This document shows, in pieces, positions 60,741 to 64,000 of a stretch of DNA of 64,000 nucleotides. The stretch is taken from NCBI GenBank assembly GCA_965263355.1, contig CBDHHL010000032.1, positions 2,336,001 through 2,400,000 of the forward strand, written 5' to 3'. The notes beneath the pieces are model-generated. The model saw nothing but the letters and a program-made list of their open reading frames with translations. It had not been told where the DNA came from and made no database searches. Each line of letters starts with the position of its first letter. The stretch's first letter is position 1. A program made the position numbers and the translations under genes. The DNA comes from Leptolyngbyaceae cyanobacterium. GTDB lineage: Bacteria; Cyanobacteriota; Cyanobacteriia; Phormidesmidales; Phormidesmidaceae.

Positions 60741-61381
60741 TTCCATCTCCAGCTTTCTTCAATAGTATGAATTGGGGAACAAAACAAAAGGGCTGTCTTA
60801 TTCCTATTCGGATTGCATCTCGGTAATGAGTGTAGATAATCACTCGGCTGCTGTCTGTATGAAAAAATTGTAGGTTGCATCAGACGGAATCGTAGAAGAT
60901 ACGACTTTTTTATACAGACAGCTATTGCATAATTTGCATTAGTTTTGCATCATTATCTTGCATATGCACGTATATGCTGACATAGCTCTGGCACGGGCAG
61001 ACGCTCTGTGCGATCGCCTCTAAAGTATGTCTGCACTGAGCTTTGTAAATAAGTACTTATGCAAAATTAATTACAAACTCTTCTCCAAACCCTGCTAGTA
61101 TTTTTTCAACCTCTGCGACCAGAGTTTCCCAATTCTCATATGCAGAGCTATCGAGCCACTGATATAGGACATCAGCAATGCAAACTTACTTAATAAACAG
61201 CATTTCCTGATAAGTGGGCAATGGCCAAAACTCATCCGAAATTTCACCGTCTAGAGCATCTGCATACTTGCGCACCTCATCCATTAACCAGCAAACTACC
61301 GCTAGCAAGAAATGGGTGGTTATAAACGACGACTATCGATATGTTTATCAGGTGTGCGAAACCCTAAGCTAACGCAAACCT

Positions 61382-62245
61382 ATGGATTCATTGATAGATG
61401 TCTCAGCTAAGGATCGAAAAACCTATGAGCGCATGGCCAAAGCGATCTCATTTATTCGTCAGCATCACTTGGAGCAGCCTAGCTTAGCCACCATTGCCCA
61501 GCATGTAAATCTGAGTGAATATCACTTCCAGCGGTTGTTTACCCAATGGGCAGGCATTAGTCCCAAACGGTTTTCCCAGTATTTAACCCTGGATTACGCA
61601 AAATCCAAACTTGCTGAAGCCAATAATCTTTTAGAACTAACCATAGAGTCAGGTCTATCAAGTCCTGGGCGTCTTCATGACTTATTTGTGACATTAGAGG
61701 CGATGTCGCCCGGCGAATACAAGTCTGCAGGGGCTGGTTTAAAGATTCGATACGGTATCCACGATACTCCCTTTGGAGCCTGTCTAATCGCTATAACTGA
61801 CCGTGGTATCTGTAATCTACATTTTCTTAATGACATAAATAAACAGCTAGGCGAACAACAGTTACAAACAGAATGGCCTAATGCCACCATTATTTATAAG
61901 CAACAGGCAACGGAGGATATTTGTGACCAAATTTTCCATACCTCTGAACAATCACCGCTCACTCTCCATATCAAAGGAACAAACTTTCAAATTCAGGTAT
62001 GGCAGGCGTTGTTAAAAATTCCTTTGGGTGGATTGACCACCTATCAAGGGTTAGCAGAGTCCATTGGTAAACCTACCGCAGCCCGTGCTGTAGGAAATGC
62101 TGTAGGGCGTAACCCTGTAGGATATCTGATTCCCTGCCATCGAGTCATTCGTGGTTCGGGTGAGATTGGCGGCTATCGCTGGGGTTTGGAGCGTAAAACT
62201 GTTCTTTTAGGTTGGGAAGCTAGTCAGATCGAGGCACAATCATGA
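61382..62245 (+). CDS. AraC-HTH / methylated-DNA-protein-cysteine methyltransferase (Ada-like, no Zn domain)
   Basis: HFQRLFTQWAGISPKRF, GTNFQIQVW, PCHRV active site. Confidence 0.9.
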   Translation: MDSLIDVSAKDRKTYERMAKAISFIRQHHLEQPSLATIAQHVNLSEYHFQRLFTQWAGISPKRFSQYLTLDYAKSKLAEANNLLELTIESGLSSPGRLHDLFVTLEAMSPGEYKSAGAGLKIRYGIHDTPFGACLIAITDRGICNLHFLNDINKQLGEQQLQTEWPNATIIYKQQATEDICDQIFHTSEQSPLTLHIKGTNFQIQVWQALLKIPLGGLTTYQGLAESIGKPTAARAVGNAVGRNPVGYLIPCHRVIRGSGEIGGYRWGLERKTVLLGWEASQIEAQS

Positions 62246-63141
62246 AACTGTCGGATATTTGTGAACTGTTACTGCTGGCAGCTCTATGGGGTGGCTCATT
62301 CTTGTTTATGCGAATTGCTGCTCCTATTCTCGGTCCCGTCTGGTTAATTGAGTTTCGTGTTTTATTAGCTGGCTTAGTTCTATTACCTGTGTTGGCTAAG
62401 TTAGGCCTGTTGGCAGAAATGCAACGTCAGTTCATCCCTTTGTTAATTGTGGGGTGTCTCAATTCAGCTATTCCATTTTTGTTATTGGCGTTTGCCTCAG
62501 TCTCTTTACCCGCAGGCTTTACGTCTATCTTAAATGGTACAGCCCCCCTCTTTGGCACAATTGTCGCTTTTATATGGCTACATGAGAGACTTACACCTGC
62601 ACGAATGTTGGGGTTTGTTCTAGGATTTATTGGCGTTGTCATCCTGGTCGGGTGGAAGGCGATTGACACAACACCTGGTTTTTTGATCGCCATAGTTGCT
62701 GCTTTGTCAGCTGCGTTAATGTATGCCATTGCGGCTCCCTACATTAAGAAAAACCTGGTTGGCGTTTCTTCATTAGTTGTCACCACAGGCAGCCAACTGG
62801 GGGCTGCTTTGGTCATTATTCCGGCACTTCCCTTTACTGTTCCCCAGCAAATACCATCTGTCGGTGTGGCCATATCTGTTCTGGCCTTAGCTGTTTTATC
62901 GACAGCCTTTGCCTATATCCTGTATTTTCGGCTGATTCAAAACGTGGGTTCCACTAAGGCGTTGACGGTGACCTATTTGATTCCGTTATTTGCCATGCTA
63001 TGGGGAGCGATTGTGCTACGAGAAGTGGTAACCCTATCTATGATATTTGGGTGTGGCCTGGTGTTGCTGGGCACTGCTATAGCCAATGATTTGTTCAGCC
63101 ATATCCGCCAAAAGTCTCCCAAGTCAATTGATCGTCAATAA
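62242..63141 (+). CDS. DMT/EamA family transporter
   Basis: LAALWGGSFLFMR; two EamA repeats, about 10 TM. Confidence 0.9.
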   Translation: MKLSDICELLLLAALWGGSFLFMRIAAPILGPVWLIEFRVLLAGLVLLPVLAKLGLLAEMQRQFIPLLIVGCLNSAIPFLLLAFASVSLPAGFTSILNGTAPLFGTIVAFIWLHERLTPARMLGFVLGFIGVVILVGWKAIDTTPGFLIAIVAALSAALMYAIAAPYIKKNLVGVSSLVVTTGSQLGAALVIIPALPFTVPQQIPSVGVAISVLALAVLSTAFAYILYFRLIQNVGSTKALTVTYLIPLFAMLWGAIVLREVVTLSMIFGCGLVLLGTAIANDLFSHIRQKSPKSIDRQ

Positions 63142-63194
63142 TATATTGAAAGCCCTTAAACTTAAGGTTTACCGTTAGCAACGAGGACTCTCCA

Positions 63195-63716
63195 GTGCAG
63201 TTTGTTCCATGTACCTACGACGCCCATGCAGCCGCAATTTTAGAAATCTTCAACGAGGCCATTGTCAACTCAACTGCACTTTATGATTACAGGCCTCGTA
63301 CCTTAGACAGTATGGTCCAGTGGTTTGAGGCTAAACAGAATGGTGATTTTCCGGTAATTGGGGCAGTTGACGATAGTGATTTTTTGTTAGGTTTTGCTAG
63401 CTATGGGACATTTCGAGCCTGGCCTGCTTACAAATACTCAGTTGAACATTCTGTGTATGTTCATAAGGATTGTCGTGGGCAGGGAATTGGCTACGCCCTG
63501 ATGCAGCAGCTGATCTCAACGGCTGTTGAGCAGCAGTATCATGTCATGGTTGGTGGTATCGATATTGATAATTCGAGTAGTATTGCCCTTCATAAGAAAC
63601 TGGGGTTTGTACATGTAGGAACTATTCAACAGGCTGGATTTAAGTTTGATCGCTGGTTGGATCTTGCCTTTTATCAACTGTTACTCGAAACACCAACTCA
63701 CCCAGTTGATGGTTAA
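63195..63716 (+). CDS. GNAT N-acetyltransferase, phosphinothricin acetyltransferase (Pat/YncA)-like
   Basis: FR.WPAYKYSVEHSVYV, RGQGIG, N.SSIALHKKLGF, GFKFDRWLD. Confidence 0.88.
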   Translation: MQFVPCTYDAHAAAILEIFNEAIVNSTALYDYRPRTLDSMVQWFEAKQNGDFPVIGAVDDSDFLLGFASYGTFRAWPAYKYSVEHSVYVHKDCRGQGIGYALMQQLISTAVEQQYHVMVGGIDIDNSSSIALHKKLGFVHVGTIQQAGFKFDRWLDLAFYQLLLETPTHPVDG

Positions 63717-64000
63717 CTTGATTAGAACTACATATTCATACTATATGTCACATATTCATACGATATGCCTAGAAATCAGCGGAATTTCAATCAAAATTCT
63801 TAATATAAGAATGTTATAGGAACTTTTTTGTAAAAATAAACGTTATTCGATTAGAGGTCTTGGTTTTCAACAAGGAGAATCGTGGGCTTGAGTTGTTTGT
63901 GCTAGAAAGTAGATGATTGTTGAGGAGTTAACGTCAGTTCAGATCCCCTCTCATCCAGGTAAACGATTAGGGGTGGTTAGCCGTGTCAAACGATGGTTTT

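Noticed and set aside
61051..61191. Possible MITE with aagta...tactt ends
   Set aside because: Inverted repeat is short and degenerate; cannot be supported without genome-wide copies

Overview
64 kb of a cyanobacterial chromosome (frequent HIP1 GCGATCGC octamers, psbQ, flv3, bicA; probably a filamentous Leptolyngbya-like strain, which is inference). Core blocks: psbQ plus an FAD oxidase, ppk2, flv3, a bicA-nhaS3-mrpCDEFG-DUF4040-mrpB carbon/sodium operon with an NdhR/CcmR-type box, glmU, rsmD and an ada-DMT-GNAT cluster. Accessory blocks: an NLR-like gene (inactive-looking Mrr-like domain, NACHT, near-identical 126-bp WD40 repeats, frameshifted), a CHAT/haemagglutinin + TPR + pseudokinase module, and an amide-utilisation island (fmdA/fmdB, Urt-like ABC transporter, amiE, amiF) with NtcA-type promoters. 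Two zones (about 30.2-34.6 kb and 58.9-60.8 kb) are mosaics of gene fragments. The best candidate for an undescribed system is at 54.1-56.9 kb: a predicted ~88-nt structured RNA (Y-RNA-like end-to-end stem with a bulge, pyrimidine-rich internal loop, tRNA-Tyr-like CUGUAAA loop, own -10 box and U-tail) directly upstream of a helical+vWA (Ro60/TROVE-like) gene and an ARPP-2-like/Fis-HTH gene. All family calls come from motif recognition by eye, not from database searches.
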